DNA from: Chiloscyllium plagiosum
Taxonomy: Eukaryota
Direction of reading: 5' to 3'
Assembly (NCBI RefSeq): GCF_004010195.1
Contig: NC_057718.1
Location: forward strand, 91,265,916 to 91,329,915
Length of the DNA: 64,000 bases
In this document: positions 36,800-49,164 of the stretch, piece after piece
Layout: every line of letters begins with the position of its first letter
How positions within the stretch are numbered: position 1 is the first letter of the stretch
Notes under the pieces: generated by a model
What the model saw: the letters and a program-made list of their open reading frames with translations, nothing else
Database searches by the model: none
What the model was told of the DNA's origin: nothing
Position numbers and translations under genes: made by a program

Positions 36800-38462
36800 T
36801 GAATTATAACTGCAAAATTTGAATCATAGCAAAATTTTACGAATAGCTTATCAAATTCCAATGACAGGTCAATTAGGTATTAGAAAAATACAGGCTTATA
36901 GTGTACATCGTAGCATTTTGGAATGGTTAGAAGATTAGCTGGCTAACAGGAAGCAGAAAGTAAATATAAATACGTCTTTTTTCTGTGGTGTACTATGGAG
37001 ATCAATGCTAGATGTTAACGGTTTACAATTTATATAAATGATTTAGATGAAGGATCAGAAGAAGAAGGTATGATTGCAAAATTTGCTGACAACACAGGAT
37101 AGATAGGAAAATAGATTGTGAAGGGCACATAAGAAGGTTATGTAAAGATATTGATAGGTTTATTGATTGGGAAAATATGTGGCCAATGGAAACGTGAAAC
37201 TGTTCATTTTGGCCTGAAAAACGAAAAGTACATTAACTGGTAAAAGATTGCAGAGTTCTAAGATGCAAAGGGATCTGTGTACATGCACAATATTGGTCAC
37301 CATATTTGAGGAAGGATATAAACACTTTGTAGGTAGTTCAGAGAAGGTTTATTTGCACTAAAATGAGGGCTTGTCTTATGAGGACAGGTTGTAGCGGCTA
37401 GATTAGCATCCACTGGAGTTTAAAAGAGTGAGAGCAAGTTAGTTGAAACATAGAGGATCTTAAAGAGTCTTGACAGGATGGACATGGAAAGAATAGTTCC
37501 TCTTATGGAAAAATCTGGAATTAGGGGTCACTATTTAAAAATCATGGATTGCCTATTTAAACTAAGTAATGTGTTTTTCTCTTAGAAGATCGTGAGCCTT
37601 TGGACCCCTCTTCCTGAAAAGGTGATTGACGCAAAGTCCTTGAATATTTTTAAGGCAGAGATAGGACAGGGTCCTCAAGTATTTTGAGTTTAGTTTAGAA
37701 CCAGGTTTCAATTCAGAAGAACAGTTCCATACTCACAGAAGGCCAGGTTAGGTTTTGCAGTGTCTAAGCTATAAACATTTGTACAGAAGTTCAACCTGTC
37801 AGAGCTGAAAAAATATTTAAGTTCAGGACTGGAAAAAGTCTGTATACAACTAGCGCAGGAGGAATCAAAACTGAAAAGAGTTAGATTAGGAGCAGCATTT
37901 CACTGGGAATCAGTATCTTGGAAGGATATTCATGGGAAAAAGGTTGAATTTTATTTTTTCACTTTGCTGTTTGTGTTAAGACCGCAGTTCTTACTTGCCC
38001 TATTAGAGCAAAGATATTATTAAACTGAAGAGGGTTCAGAAAAAAATTACCAGGATGTTGCTAGGAGGGCTTGAGTTATAAAATAGGCTTTTTTCACTGG
38101 AGCATAGGAGGTTGAGGGGTGACCTTACTGAGGTTTATAGAATCATGACGGACATAGATAAGGTGAATAACAAAGGTTTCCCGAAAGTGGGGGAGTTCAA
38201 AGCTAGGGGGCATATTTTTAAGGTGAGAGGAGAAAGATTTAAAAACGACATTTTTACACAGAGAGCGGTTTGTGCGTAGAAATGAACTGCTAGAGGAAGT
38301 GGCGAATGTGGGAACAATTACAGCATTGAAAAGACATTTGCTCAAGTACATGAATAGGAAAGGTTTGGAGGGATATGGGCCAAATGCAGGTGATGGGACT
38401 AGTTTACTTTGGGAACATGGTCAGCCAGGATGAGTTTGACCGATGGGTCTCTTTCTATGCTA
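36800..38462 (+). mobile_element. Two CR1 fragments (old RT ~36800-37680; younger 3' end ~38000-38462)
   Basis: FTIYINDLDEG, KFADNT, KLKRVQKK and a CR1 tail. Confidence 0.75.
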
Positions 38463-38469
38463 TCACATA

Positions 38470-38688
38470 CAGGTAGCTCTTCTGTAACGTGATGGTTGCA
38501 TTATTGTGGAACCCCGCATTATAGAAAAATCTCACTTTAGAAACAGCACTTAAAGCGTTGGCGATGTAGCCACGTTACAGCCAACACACATTTTAAAAGT
38601 TTGCTTTGTAGAAACAAGGTTCCCAATTTGTCAATCGCGTTACAGCAAATTCGCATTAATGAAACGTGCATTACAGCAGAGTGACCTG
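38470..38688. mobile_element. Tc1/mariner (Tigger/pogo-type) MITE
   Basis: TA TSD on both sides. Imperfect TIRs CAGGTAGCTCTTCTGTAACG and (reverse complement) CAGGTCACTCTGCTGTAATG. Confidence 0.85.
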
Positions 38689-39785
38689 TATATTTAATAT
38701 ATAAAACTTCATTTCTTTTTTCATTTGTATATTTTGATGCTTTTGTTAAAGAACATTGACAGCCTGTTATGAATATGTTGAGTGTCTAACCACCACATTA
38801 ACCAACTGCAAAAATTAAATTTACAATCTATCAAGCCAAGTTTTCCTCTACAATTTGATTTGTCCAGCATTATCATCGCCTGAGATCATAACAAGATGTA
38901 CAGAAAGTTTCCAAGGATACTGTCAAAATTACTAAAATAGATTGATTGCACTCGGGTTCTTCTTTCTCCAAAATTGATGGCTGAGAGGTGACCAAGTAGT
39001 GGTCTCTAAAACCAAGAAAGGTTTTGATAAAGTCTACATGTGGAAGACATGTTATGGGAAAGACTAAAACCAGGGACCATAAATACAAGACTGTCACCAG
39101 TAAACCAACAAGAAATTCAGGATATGGACCAGGAACTGGCAGGTGGGACTGGATTTGGTTGGGATAGCGGGTCGGCATGGACGAGTTGGATCGAAGGGTC
39201 TGTTCCCGTGCTGCACATCTCTATGTCTCTATGACTCTATAATCTTCATTATGCAGGGAATGGTACAACTATGGTTATTGAGCAAATCACATTGATGCAT
39301 TTAAGAGGAAGCTAAATAAGCACATGAAAGAGAATGGACTGGAAGGAATGGCTGAGAACATTAGATGAAGAAAAGTGAAAAGTAGCTCATGTAGTGCATA
39401 GACATGTATCGAGATCTTTTGGGCCTAATGGTCTATTTTTGTGTTGTAAATTCAAAATATTTTGAAGTAACTCTATTGTGTGCCATTTTGCATTAGGAAA
39501 TTAACATCACATATGGTTTCAATATGTGTTAGAAGAATGAGCTAACTTTCATGGAGAAAGTGCAGTGCATCTATCATAAAGCTAATTTTTGTGAGGCTTT
39601 GCTTTATGGCCTTTCTTAGTCTCAGTGCTGGTAATGGTGCATTTCATGCAGCCAATCTCTCAGTAGGCACATTTCAAATCTTCTCTTAAACATTAAATTT
39701 TTATCAATCAGTTTAAAAATGTTCCTTTTTTCTGCACTGGTTTAGATATTCTTTCTTATGTTCAGTGTGAATTTTATTCTCCTAG

Positions 39786-39992
39786 CAAATTGAATATATT
39801 CGTTCGCATTATAACATCGAAAACTTTATCTACTTCGACCATCACCAACGTGAAGAACATGGGCACCTCTATCACTTTGCTTTGAACCCAATTTTCCATC
39901 ACTATACCAGACATTTTCTCAAAGAAATACTTCGGATTACTTTTAAGTCATGCCTGTACTACCCTGTTTACCCAAGATTATTACTTAATAAG
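39786..39992 (+). CDS. CFAP61: CFAP61 internal coding exon (207 nt): QIEYIRSHYNIENFIYFDHHQREEHGHLYHFALNPIFHHYTRHFLKEILRITFKSCLYYPVYPRLLLNK
   Basis: ttctcctAG acceptor and GTAAAA donor; 69 codons. Contains highly conserved CFAP61 blocks (IEYIRSHYNIE, FALNPIF, KSCLYYPVYP). Confidence 0.96.
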
Positions 39993-40586
39993 GTAAAACA
40001 AAATTGTTGTTACATTTATCAGATATTGCAGTATTCCGGTTTTAAATGTACTATATGTTCACCTTAATTTGTTAAAATATATATTTTATTGTTATCTATA
40101 TGTACAGAAATTATCAGCAAAATGTCAAGAATGTGCATTTATGAACTGCATGATTTATTATGCACAAATTTGTACATGGATCTTTGTAATTGATTATGGT
40201 TTTAAATATTGACTTGGTACAAAATGAAATGTACCTAAATGAAAGATGTTTCTGATGATTTTTAAGCTAAATATGGCTGATGTGTTCTAAGCAGAGAAAT
40301 TTTTCGTTTGGTAATTCTCATGCATTGTTAGAATAATAAAACTTTTCATTTGCTTTTTTACAATTTCCATAGAGACAACAATATGATTACTTATGATTCA
40401 TATTTAGGCTTATTGGTACTAACCTGTAAGGGGAAACCCATTCGTAAGCTTCAGTGATAGTTTGAACTTTTCGGCTTAAACTTCCTTGAGTTTCACACAA
40501 TTTATTTCAGATTATTTCAGATTAATTAAGAATCTACTATTTTAATATTACTTCCTGAAAGTAACGATAATTTCATTCTCTTTCAG

Positions 40587-40721
40587 ATAAACAGTCCATT
40601 TGCTCATTCCCTCACATCAGCCCTTAATTGCCTAGTTCCTGTGCGCCGGAGAAGACAGATTATCTATCCATTGGAACAACTTGGCATTAATGCTCCATCA
40701 AAGCGAATCACCCAGAATAAG
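40587..40721 (+). CDS. CFAP61: CFAP61 internal coding exon (135 nt): [45 protein letters not shown]
   Basis: ttctctttcAG acceptor and GTGGGT donor; 45 codons. Motifs [29 protein letters not shown]. Confidence 0.96.
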
Positions 40722-40984
40722 GTGGGTGAAAAGAATGGTAACTGGAAGATGAAATGGGCCAATCAGTTTTAAGATGTTGTATGCTTATGAAGATTTTGTT
40801 TCTATTGAATGTTTTAATAAAAAGAAGGAGATATTCCAGAATCTATAAACTTTTTATAGAGGCGACAGTAAGGCCATCTGGCACACAATCTCTGTGTTCA
40901 TATTTTAATCATTCAGAAATATTTTTATATTTAACTTCGAAAATTGCATTAATGGCCGTTGGGACAAGGACCATTAGAGAAAAA

Positions 40985-41465
40985 TGGCCATCTTTATATA
41001 GTGCTTTTCATGGCAACTAAATGCCTCAAAATCCTTTTCATGATCACCAGAGGTCTAAAATGCTTTACAGCTAATTATATAAATTTGAATTGTAGTGAAC
41101 TACTCTAATGCCAAAAAAAGTGGCAGTCAATTCATGCAAAGTAAAATCATATGAACAGCAGGAATATAAAGATCAGATAATCTGATTTTATGATGCTGAT
41201 TGAAGGATTGAAATTGACCAGAGCACTAGGGCTAACTCCATTACTCTTCTTTGAAAAAATGCTGTGGCATACATTGTATTCACCAAAGCAGGCAGATGAT
41301 ATTTTATTTAACGTCTCATTCAACATCGAACACCTTCAGTAATGTAGTCCTCCCTCAATACTGCACTGGAGTGACAGCCTTGATTCTTTTGTGCTCAAGC
41401 CCTGTAGTTGAACTTGAACTAGGAACCTAGTGACTCAAGTGAGAGTGCTATCAACTGTGAGCCTT
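40985..41465 (-). mobile_element. DeuSINE-like (SacSINE1/AmnSINE-type) ancient SINE
   Basis: tRNA-like head at ~41410-41465 (minus). Recognisable body TTTAACGTCTCAT...CTCCCTCAATACTGCACTGGAGTG.CAGCCT.GATT...GTGCTCAAG; a second partial copy at ~56995-57260. Confidence 0.65.
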
Positions 41466-44400
41466 GCTGATATAGTACATCTATTGTAGAAGATGTGGAA
41501 CATTTTGTTGTTAGTTTCCATTATCTGTAATTTTGTGGCTTCAGATAGTATTTAATGAGTTGTTTGCTTTTTTTTTTGTCTTTTCCTGCTGCCTAGCCTT
41601 TGTTTAAAGCTTACTTCTTGACATATAGCCATGATCATAAATTTTGATATTAGGGCTCTGGAAATTTTAATCTGAGTAAATTTTAAATACAGGGTTATTA
41701 TAAGAACACTTGTAATTTGTAATTAATTATATACCTTGTTGAATAGCTGCACGTGTGCTTCCACTAACTTCTAGTGTTATCAATAAAGCCTATTAAACTT
41801 AAAATATCATGGAAATTTTAGTGCAATTTGGCATTTTCATTCATACTTCATTTTCATCCATACTGCAGGAAAAAATGCAGCAGTGCTGCTTTAACTGTGC
41901 CATGATTTTTTGTTTGCATTTCAATGTCAAATGCTTGATTCTCTATGTTTTTTTCAGGCATCAAGTTGTAAAAATCTATACCCTAGATAGGATTACACAT
42001 GCTCATAGTCATAATCCTAAGTCAGTAGACTCCATTCGTTAGAAAGATCTTTAGAATTAACTTGATCAATGAACTTTATTGAATTCCTGTCTAAATGATA
42101 ACCTGTTTTTATTTAAAGATTAGATCATATTGTAGAACACAATCATAGTTTATATAATAGCATGACAAGAACAGACTAGTCCAAAAAAAGCAACAGGTTT
42201 AACTGAACATCTTGAGCTTATTTTTCTCTTTTTAAAATGGGAGTTGTAGATACTTAATTCTTGCTGAAAATTTAGAAAGGTGATAGCAATTGTGTGATTC
42301 AGGGAAAGATGCTAATGGTGGAATGGTGGTGCATGTGATGTTTATTGAATTCAACAAGTCATGTCAGACTTAGTATTGATAGTCTGTGAGACACAAACAT
42401 ATGAGACACAAACCTGAATTTCTGAACATGATATGACAAATTATATTAAAAAATATGCAAAAAGTCAGAATGAAAATGCTCCACTTCCAAACTACTAAGA
42501 ACCAACAGTTAGTTACACCCCTTGAGAAGGGGATGGTAATAGCAGGCAAAGGGCTTTTGGAACACTGACAACTCTCATTACAATTCACTAGAGCTTTGAC
42601 AAATTGATGCTTAAAATAATGGACATTGTGCTTTTTTTACAGAGGTTTTTTCAGGAAAGCAAAGTTTTTTTAAAGACTCCATCCTTTGAATATTGTATGA
42701 TTATTTTAAGGCCTTTTAACCTGTAATCTGGGGGACAATTAGCTTAGTTAGTTGGGTGGTTACTGTATAGTTCAGAACAACACCATTGTGGGTTTGGTTC
42801 ATGTTGAGGCTGAAGTAGACTTGGGATCTGTATCTTTACCCTGTCTCTTAGAGAAGACAATAGTCAAAAATACTACTGTCAGAAATTACCAAGAAAACAA
42901 CTCAGGATGAAATGTCTGCAGACAATATGCTAAAGACGTGTCTTCAGGCAGAGCACATATGAAGGAATAAATGAATGAATAAATCTTGTAATTATGCAGT
43001 AGTTTATTATAGCCATTATATTTAAAAATATATCATCAGGATTGTGTGTCTTATACAACTAATTGAAACAATTAGTCATAATATAATTTTATCTATTTTT
43101 GTTATTAGTTTATATCAAATAAACGTACCATCTTTCATGCTAAAAGTGCCATTGCACAAATAATCTTTTATACCAGTTAAAAGATACACTTACTTCAGAC
43201 TTTACAGTATTGTGTCATTGCCTTTCTTTCAGTGTGTAACATTAAAACCTCTTCCTCCACTTTAACACTATCACAACTTTTATTTCAACTACTGTTGCAT
43301 CACCTGACAGACAGTCCTGAATTTTTAGCCTTTATCTAATTCACTAACAGCTTTTGTAGGAAGAACTTGCATGTAATGTGCCTGAGTGCTAGAGCACCTC
43401 AGTGGATCCCCTCATTTAAAAAGACCACATTCAGCATAAACACAATGTGGAGCTTGGAAATGCATTCTTCTCCATTCTAATGCACTAGCTTACAATTAGA
43501 TTGTGTTAGTTAGAATATGAACTGGATGAACCATGGATTGAAATGAGTTAACGTGAAGTAAGTAGCCATAGTCCATAAGGAACCATAAGCTCATTGTCTG
43601 TTAGAGAGAGGCAAGTGGTTATATAGATTGAGGGTCACCATCATGCATCAAACATGGACTAAAGCAAGGAGTTAACCCACCATGAACTACTGCAGCGAAT
43701 ACAAGAATTGTACCTGTATTCGTGCACCTTACTCTAGCTGTCTAGACTAATTCAGCTACCAAACCCACAGAGTATAGTTTGAGCTGGAGGGAGATGTGAG
43801 AGTGGGATGCATTTCCATAATGGAAGAACTTCCCTGACTTCAGAGCCAAAGGGCATAGAGCCTTGTACTTGCCTTAGAAGAGGATTTCCGGCTCTGATGT
43901 CAGGCCAGTCACCAAAATCTGTATCAATCACAGAATGTGATAGGTGTGACTACACAGCTTACAGACTTAATTATGCAATATCATGGAAGCTTTTCTTTGA
44001 TATTAATCCAATGTTTAGCAGCTTTATTGGATTCTGCTGCTAACACTCCACCTAAAAACCACGAGGTACCTTTACTTCTATGGAAGTGCAGACAACTAAC
44101 TTAGTGCCATTTTGAAATAGTGTAGGCCTAATCTTGCATACCAGCTCCTGGACAAAGGATGGAGGCTTTCTCTGAATCTAAAACCTGCTGTTAGTCTAGC
44201 TATTCTTAATCATTAGTAATATAAGTTGGAATATTACTTCTATTAGTTAAGTATAAGTAATGTTGAACTTTTGGAGGGATTCTCCACCCACAAATCTTAG
44301 TGTTTTTCTTGTCGTTTCTTTGTGGTAGATTGTCAATTTATTGCTTTATTGGTTACCTATCCCACTCCAAGGTGTCTGTTGCATCCGATTCCAGCCCCAC

Positions 44401-44698
44401 CTTACCATGCTCTTCCACTCACACCAATGCCTGCAAAGTCTCCCTTTACTTGCTGTCACCAATCCCAACTCCCATCAGCACTGATCCTAAATGCCCTCAG
44501 CAGTAACCTTCTCGATTTGGGACACTTTCCCACCTGCATGGAAAGTAACAGCTGTACTATTCACTTGTGTATCCCGTAATCCTGCCTCCCTCTCATTCCA
44601 GGAAGAAAACAGTCCCCATTTAGTCAAAAAGAGTCTGGAAAGGTGGTGGACTGAAAGCGTCAGCTCTTCAGGCTTTTTTTGCAGAAAGCATCCTGACT

Positions 44699-45801
44699 CC
44701 AGTCCAATTTTGCCACAAATCTCAATGTAGTCCACATCATTCAGGCCCCTTTAAGATTCTGACATTATTCCAGTGCCCAAAGCAATGGTGAAAGCTGGAC
44801 CATACTAATCTGATCCTGCCATTTTCTCAGTCTTTCCTTTAAGAACTCCATCAATACTCAGTGACTGACTGACCATTTCTAAGCTTTTGGACTGATAACA
44901 GAGGCTGTCCTTGACTTACCAAAGCAGACCCCCTGAATAAAGGCTATCATCATTGATATGACTGCGATTCGCTGACAACCATGGCAAGCTTCCTTCCTTT
45001 GAGTCTACACGAAACATTAAGGCAAGACTGAACCAATGTGAGCCTGGTATCTTTGGCTGAACAGACAAAGTGCAAAAGGCAAAGCAAGGCAGTACAAGCA
45101 GGAATGCTGTGAGCATCCAAGAAGGTTCAAAGTGAGTGTCCACTAAGAGAACAAGCAAACAGGACAGAGGTACAGCCTGATCCAGTTCATGAGCTGGACA
45201 CCTGACCCTAAGTACAATGTCCTTGCTGCAGCATTACAATGGTAGTTGCAGCCTGAGGTGCAGCATTGAAATGCAGTAGCTTCCAGTAAGTGGATCAAGG
45301 ATTGACCATGAGGGTTCTTGGAGACTGATATATGTCAGATGCCAAAATCCATAGGTGTGGTATGCATGTGACTGGTGCCAATGAGTATGCCTTGAGATGT
45401 CATTGCCCACTGACTGATATGGAGGTCTAATGAAGATCAGATACCTACTCTGATTTCTATGTTGGTATTTCTCAACATCTAGCTTGTTTGGCCTATTTGC
45501 TAAGATAGAAAACTGAATATTAATAAGGCATTTATACGCTATCAATTGCCAACTCACTGCTGACTAGCGAGGAACTCATCATGCTGCTTATAAAAAGCAT
45601 AAAAGATGGAGCAAGATGCTCTGGATGTCGAGGTCAACCTCCCAGACTTCCAGTCCAATTTTGCCACAAATCTCAATGTAGTCCACATCACTCAGACCCC
45701 TATAAGATTCTGACATTATTCCAGTGCCAAAGCAATGGTGAAAGCTGGACCATACTAATCTGATCCTGCCATCTTCTCAGTCTTTCCTTTAAGAACTCCA
45801 T
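44699..45801. repeat. ~153-bp direct repeat (44699-44851 and 45650-45801) around ~800 bp of unique sequence
   Basis: CCAGTCCAATTTTGCCACAAATC...CCTTTAAGAACTCCAT is present twice with about five differences. Confidence 0.92.
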
Positions 45802-46259
45802 TTGTGTGCTGCATAAGAAATCATAACACAGACCTGAATGTTGCTCCTTAGGAAAGCTCTAGGACAAAAACAAAATTGCATGCAAGTAAAGCATACTTTC
45901 AAGAAGGACTATGTTAACCTATTTTTACTTAAAGCTATTATTTTAGAGTAGAATGTGCACTTACATCATTCATTGAGGTTAGAGCCTCAAGGGAAAAGTG
46001 TACTTATTTGTTTTTGACGTATGCAACTCAATTATTATTAACAATGTCACGCAATAGTAATAATATCAAATGTTAATTTATATCTGAGATGGGTACTTGA
46101 TTGAAAGATACTTGAGTAAAAGATTTGCTCTTTTATCAGCTGAAGAGAAATTAAAATAATGAATGGAATCCTGAACAACATCGGAATTGCATGAAGCCTT
46201 TCTTGACTTTGAGAGCAATGAGTTGAATTTTTCAACTAAGTTCTGGGTGCTGACATAAG

Positions 46260-48413
46260 ATTCTTGCTAGGGATTGCCTATTAAAACTCATCACCCTCAT
46301 TAAAACTCGACCTACTCTTGGGAAATAAGGCAGGGCATGTGACTGAGTGACTGTGTCAATTGAAGAGCACTTCGGGGCCAACGACCATAATTCTATTAGT
46401 TTTAAAACAGTGATAGAAAAGGATAGACTAGATCTAAAAGTTGAAGTTCTAAATTGGAGGAAGGCTAATTTTGACACTTAATAGGCAAGAACTTCCAAAA
46501 GCTGATTGGGGGCAGATGTTCACAGGTAAAGGAATGACTGGAAATGGGAAGCCTTCAAAAATGAGATAATGAGAGTATATTCCTGTTAGGGTGAAAGGAA
46601 AGGCTGGTAGGTATAGGTAATGCTGATTGACTAGAGAAATTGAAGTTTTATTTCAGAAAATGAAGGAAGCATATGTCAGGTATAGACAGCAGAGATCGAG
46701 TGAATCCTTAGATTATAAAGGCAGTAGGAGTATACTTAAGAGGGAAATCAGAAGGGCAAAAAGGAGAAATGAGATAGCTTTGGCAAATACAGTTAAGGAG
46801 AATCCAAAGGAATTTTATAAATACGTTAAGGACAAAAGGGTAACTAGGGAGAGAATAGGGCCTCTCAAAGATCAGCAAGACAGCCTATGTGTGGAACCGC
46901 AGGAGATGGGGGAGATACTGAGTAATTTGCATCAATGTTTACTGTTGAGAAGGATATGGAAGATATAGAATATGGGGAAATAGATGGTGACATCTGAAAA
47001 AATGTCTATATTATAGAGGAGGAGGTGCTGGATGTCATGAAACGCATAAAAATGCATAAATCCCCAGGACCTGATCAGGTGTACCCTAGACCTCTGTGGG
47101 AAGCTAGGGAAGTGTTTGCTGGGCCCCTTGCTTAGATATTTGTATCATGGATAGACACAGGTGAGGTGCCAGAAGACTGGAGGTTGGCTAACGTAGTGCC
47201 ATTATTTAAGACAGGTGGTAAGGAAAAGCCAGGGAACTATAGACCGGTGAGCCTGACATTAGTGGTGGGCAAGTTGTTGGAGGGAATCCTGAAGGACTGG
47301 ATTTACATGTATTTGGAAAGGCAAAAACTGATTAGGCATAATCAACATGGCTTTGTGCATGGAAAATCATGTCTCACGAACTTGATTGAGTTTTTTAAAG
47401 AAGCAACAAAGAGGATTGCTGAGGGCAGAGTAGTAGATGTAATCTATATAGACTTCAGTAAGGCATTCGACAAGGTTCCTCTTGGGAATCTGGTTAGCAA
47501 GTCCAGATCTCATGGAATATGGGGAGGAGTAGCCATTTGCATACAGAACTGGCATGAAAGGAGAAGACAGAGGGTGGTGGTGGAGGGTTTCTTTTCAACT
47601 GGAGGCCTGTGACCAGTGGTGTGCCACAAGGATCAATGCTGGTCCAGTGCTTTTCATCATTTATATAAATGATTTGGATGTGAACATAGAGATATAGTTA
47701 GTAAGTTTGCAGATGACACCAACATCGGAGGTGTAGTGGATAGCAAAGAAGGTTACCTCAGAGTATAATGGGATCTTGATCAGGAGGGCCAATGGGTTGA
47801 GGAGTGGCAGATGGAGTTTAATTTAGATAACTGTGAGGTGCTGCAGAGCAGGGCTTATACACTTAATGCTAAGGCCCTGGGGAGTGTTGCTGAACAAAGA
47901 GACCTTGGAGTGCATGTTCATAGTTCCTTGAAAGTAGAGTCGCCAGTAGATAGGATAGTGAAAAAGGCATTTGGTATGCTTTCCTTTATTGATCAGAGCA
48001 TTGAGTATAGGAGTTGCGAGGTTGTGTTACGGTTTTACAGGACATTGGTTAGGCCACTTTTGGAATAAACCCATCTGATTCACTTATGTCTTTTAGGGAA
48101 GGAAATTTGCCATCCTTACCCAGTCTGGCCTACTTGTGCTTACAGACCCATGGAAATGTGGTTGACTCTCAACTGCTCTCTGGGCAATAAAGATTGGGCA
48201 ATAAATGCTGCCGAAGCCAGCGACACCCACATCAAGTGTATGAATAAAGAAATATTGCGTGCAATTCTGGTCTCCTTCATATTGGAAGAATGTTGTGAAA
48301 CTTGAAAAGGTTCAGAAAAGGTTTATGTGGATGTTGCAGGGTGGGAAGATTTGAGCTATAGGGCGAGGCTGTATCGGCTGGTACTGTTTTTCTTAAAGTG
48401 TCGGTGACTGAGG
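46260..48413 (+). mobile_element. CR1 ORF2 fragment (endonuclease end through RT), 3'-truncated and SINE-interrupted
   Basis: NDHNSI, KSPGPD, PEDWRLANVVPLFK, NYRPVSLT, DFSKAFDKVP, KFADDT. Confidence 0.93.
48068..48250 (+). mobile_element. 5'-truncated SINE sharing its 3' tail with the CR1/L2-group LINE
   Basis: Splits the CR1 at GGAATA|TTGCG with AATA duplicated. Ends GGGCAATAAATGCTG...GCCAGCGACACCCACATC...GAATAAAG. Confidence 0.72.
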
Positions 48414-49164
48414 GAAGCTCAAAGTCTTATGAGAGCAGTCCAGGGAGACACCCATTAATCAGGAGCTTCTGATACAGTAAATTCAAGGGCACCCTCAGAT
48501 ACCAGTCAGGGCACAATCAGGTATCTGGTCAGGGTGGTCACATCAGGAGGTCTATGCCCAAGACACGAGTCATAATCAGCCCTATCAGTCTAATGTGGCC
48601 AATTCGGGGAGTCATGGAAACAGTCAGGTAGCTCTATAGATATCAGTTAGGAGTCTGGTCACTAAATGTTTGGGGCTGTCTAATTGTTGCTCATGGGAAT
48701 GTGCCACAACTAGTCTGGGGCTTCAGTCCGCTGTATGTCAAGAGGGCAAGGCATTCTCAGGGGTCAGTTCCATACAAGAGAGGCTGGGAAATTAATGGTG
48801 GAGAGTGAAGGCAGAATGCTGGGATGCAGATGGCATTACAAATATGAAGGGGGGAATAACTATATCTATATATATATATATATATATAAAGGGAAAGACC
48901 GTGGGCCATTGGTGATAAGGGATCATGTGAGAAGGGGAGTGGTCAGTGACGTTGAGCAGAACCCTGCCCTCAAGAGCTGACATGTTCTCGTCATGTGTCT
49001 AGGGTGGGGAGAGGTGGACAAATGCAGACAGTGATTGCTGACTGGAAACTTTTTCTCCAACCCCACACCCAGGCTGGCCTCTTTTCCCCAAAACCCCTTG
49101 ACCTCCATTTCTCTCTCTACTACTTAACCAATCTTGACTTTGCTTTCTTAGCCTTTCTTGCCAA

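Noticed and set aside
44645..44675. CTGAAGAG on the minus strand as a hammerhead
   Set aside because: No GAAA after the hairpin and no PLE context.
45515..45600. Possible Harbinger transposase remnant (YAINCQLTAD-like)
   Set aside because: Too short and needs frameshifts; cannot be supported without an HMM search.
48415..49160. Unassigned sequence with (TA)n between CR1 and PLE
   Set aside because: Probably repeat-derived, but I could not identify termini, a TSD or a coding motif.
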